DNA from: Candidatus Saccharimonadota bacterium
GTDB lineage: Bacteria > Patescibacteriota > Saccharimonadia > Saccharimonadales > Saccharimonadaceae
Assembly (NCBI GenBank): GCA_039920285.1
Contig: JBDSDX010000001.1
Coordinates: 720,001-752,000, forward strand
Direction: 5' to 3'
DNA: 32,000 bases
Shown here: positions 31,729 to 32,000 of the stretch, one piece after another
Numbering within the stretch: position 1 is the first letter of the stretch
Layout: the number at the start of each line of letters is the position of its first letter
Position numbers and translations under genes: made by a program
Notes under the pieces: model-generated
The model's input: the letters and a program-made list of their open reading frames with translations, nothing else
Databases searched by the model: none
Told to the model about the DNA's origin: nothing

Positions 31729-32000
31729 CGCCGACTGTTACCAATACTACTAATGCCATCAATATCAAGAACCCAGTTCCTTTAATCTTTTCCTCGAGAT
31801 CTTTAGTCAGTGGTTTTTTCAGAACTCTGAAGATCGCCATCAAGAACCAACTTCCGCCATCAAGTGCAGGAATAGGCAGAACATTCATGACAGCCAGTGT
31901 CAGGGAAATGATCGCCGATAAGAAGACGACGTCAGCCACGCCACCTTTCCCTGCTTGAGGGAAGATTGTACCGAGAATTCCAACTGGGCCTGCGACGCTC
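31706..32000 (-). CDS. rseP: RIP metalloprotease RseP (M50 site-2 protease), C-terminal fragment; gene runs off the right edge
   Basis: The frame stays open to base 32000. Translation reads ...SVAGPVGILGTIFPQAGKGGVADVVFLSAIISLTLAVMNVLPIPALDGG..., containing the NxxPxPxLDGG motif of M50 proteases. The ORF-track GTG at 31939 is internal. Confidence 0.8.
   Translation of the reverse strand, partial: SVAGPVGILGTIFPQAGKGGVADVVFLSAIISLTLAVMNVLPIPALDGGSWFLMAIFRVLKKPLTKDLEEKIKGTGFLILMALVVLVTVGDVAKLFA

Noticed and set aside
1-32000. CRISPR arrays, tandem repeats, IS elements, integrases or prophage genes
   Set aside because: I saw no regularly spaced direct repeats, no terminal inverted repeats flanking a transposase-like ORF, and no recombinase motif in any frame. 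The only compositionally foreign segment (206..1134) has no recognisable flanking direct repeats.
1-32000. UGA recoding (genetic code 25 or 4), as in some CPR lineages
   Set aside because: TGA terminates ORFs at the lengths expected from their domains: the kinase at 2177, the receiver at 1806 and ORF 319..1086. A complete RF2 gene is also present. I saw no conserved protein interrupted by an in-frame TGA.

Overview
This is a gene-dense 32-kb window, roughly nine-tenths coding, at about 40-45% GC apart from one island. By my boundaries it holds 37 protein genes, 31 of them on the minus strand, packed into operons with many 4-20 nt start/stop overlaps. Nearly all of it is housekeeping. There are four aminoacyl-tRNA synthetases (a glyQS 5' fragment, serS, lysS, and an INS-less proS). 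Translation, secretion and repair genes are secA, prfB (single frame, no programmed frameshift), greA, a short hpf, a solitary rpmA, recO and xseA/xseB. Cell-wall and division genes are murI, murD and ftsE/ftsX, the latter followed by a coiled-coil CHAP hydrolase, an S41 C-terminal processing protease and a receiver-only response regulator. The rest comprises a MacB-type ABC pair, an M16 peptidase, a NUDIX hydrolase, an FMN reductase, a CPBP protease and an rseP 3' fragment. I saw no rRNA, tRNA, CRISPR array, transposase or integrase. The compact layout, minimal signalling proteins and a DUF5663-like small acidic protein suggest a reduced-genome Patescibacteria/CPR (Saccharibacteria-like) bacterium using the standard code, but that is inference only. 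Six things deserve a second look. (1) -10 or extended -10 boxes sit only 6-10 nt upstream of the start codon of about 14 operon-leading genes, which implies widespread leaderless mRNAs, while operon-internal genes carry strong GGAGG sites. (2) A single-gene 55-62% GC cassette (319..1086) has its own consensus promoter and GC-rich terminator. (3) The largest intergenic region (7716..8162) contains a structured, terminator-like leader upstream of a tiny membrane ORF. (4) An orphan 492-aa acidic protein appears co-transcribed with a receiver domain at the end of the ftsEX-hydrolase-protease cluster. (5) A membrane-anchored methyltransferase resembles eukaryotic ATPSCKMT/ANTKMT (FAM173). (6) A sensor-less kinase and an output-less receiver are translationally coupled to recO. 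All functional calls come from reading the translated ORFs and recalling family motifs. No database search was run.
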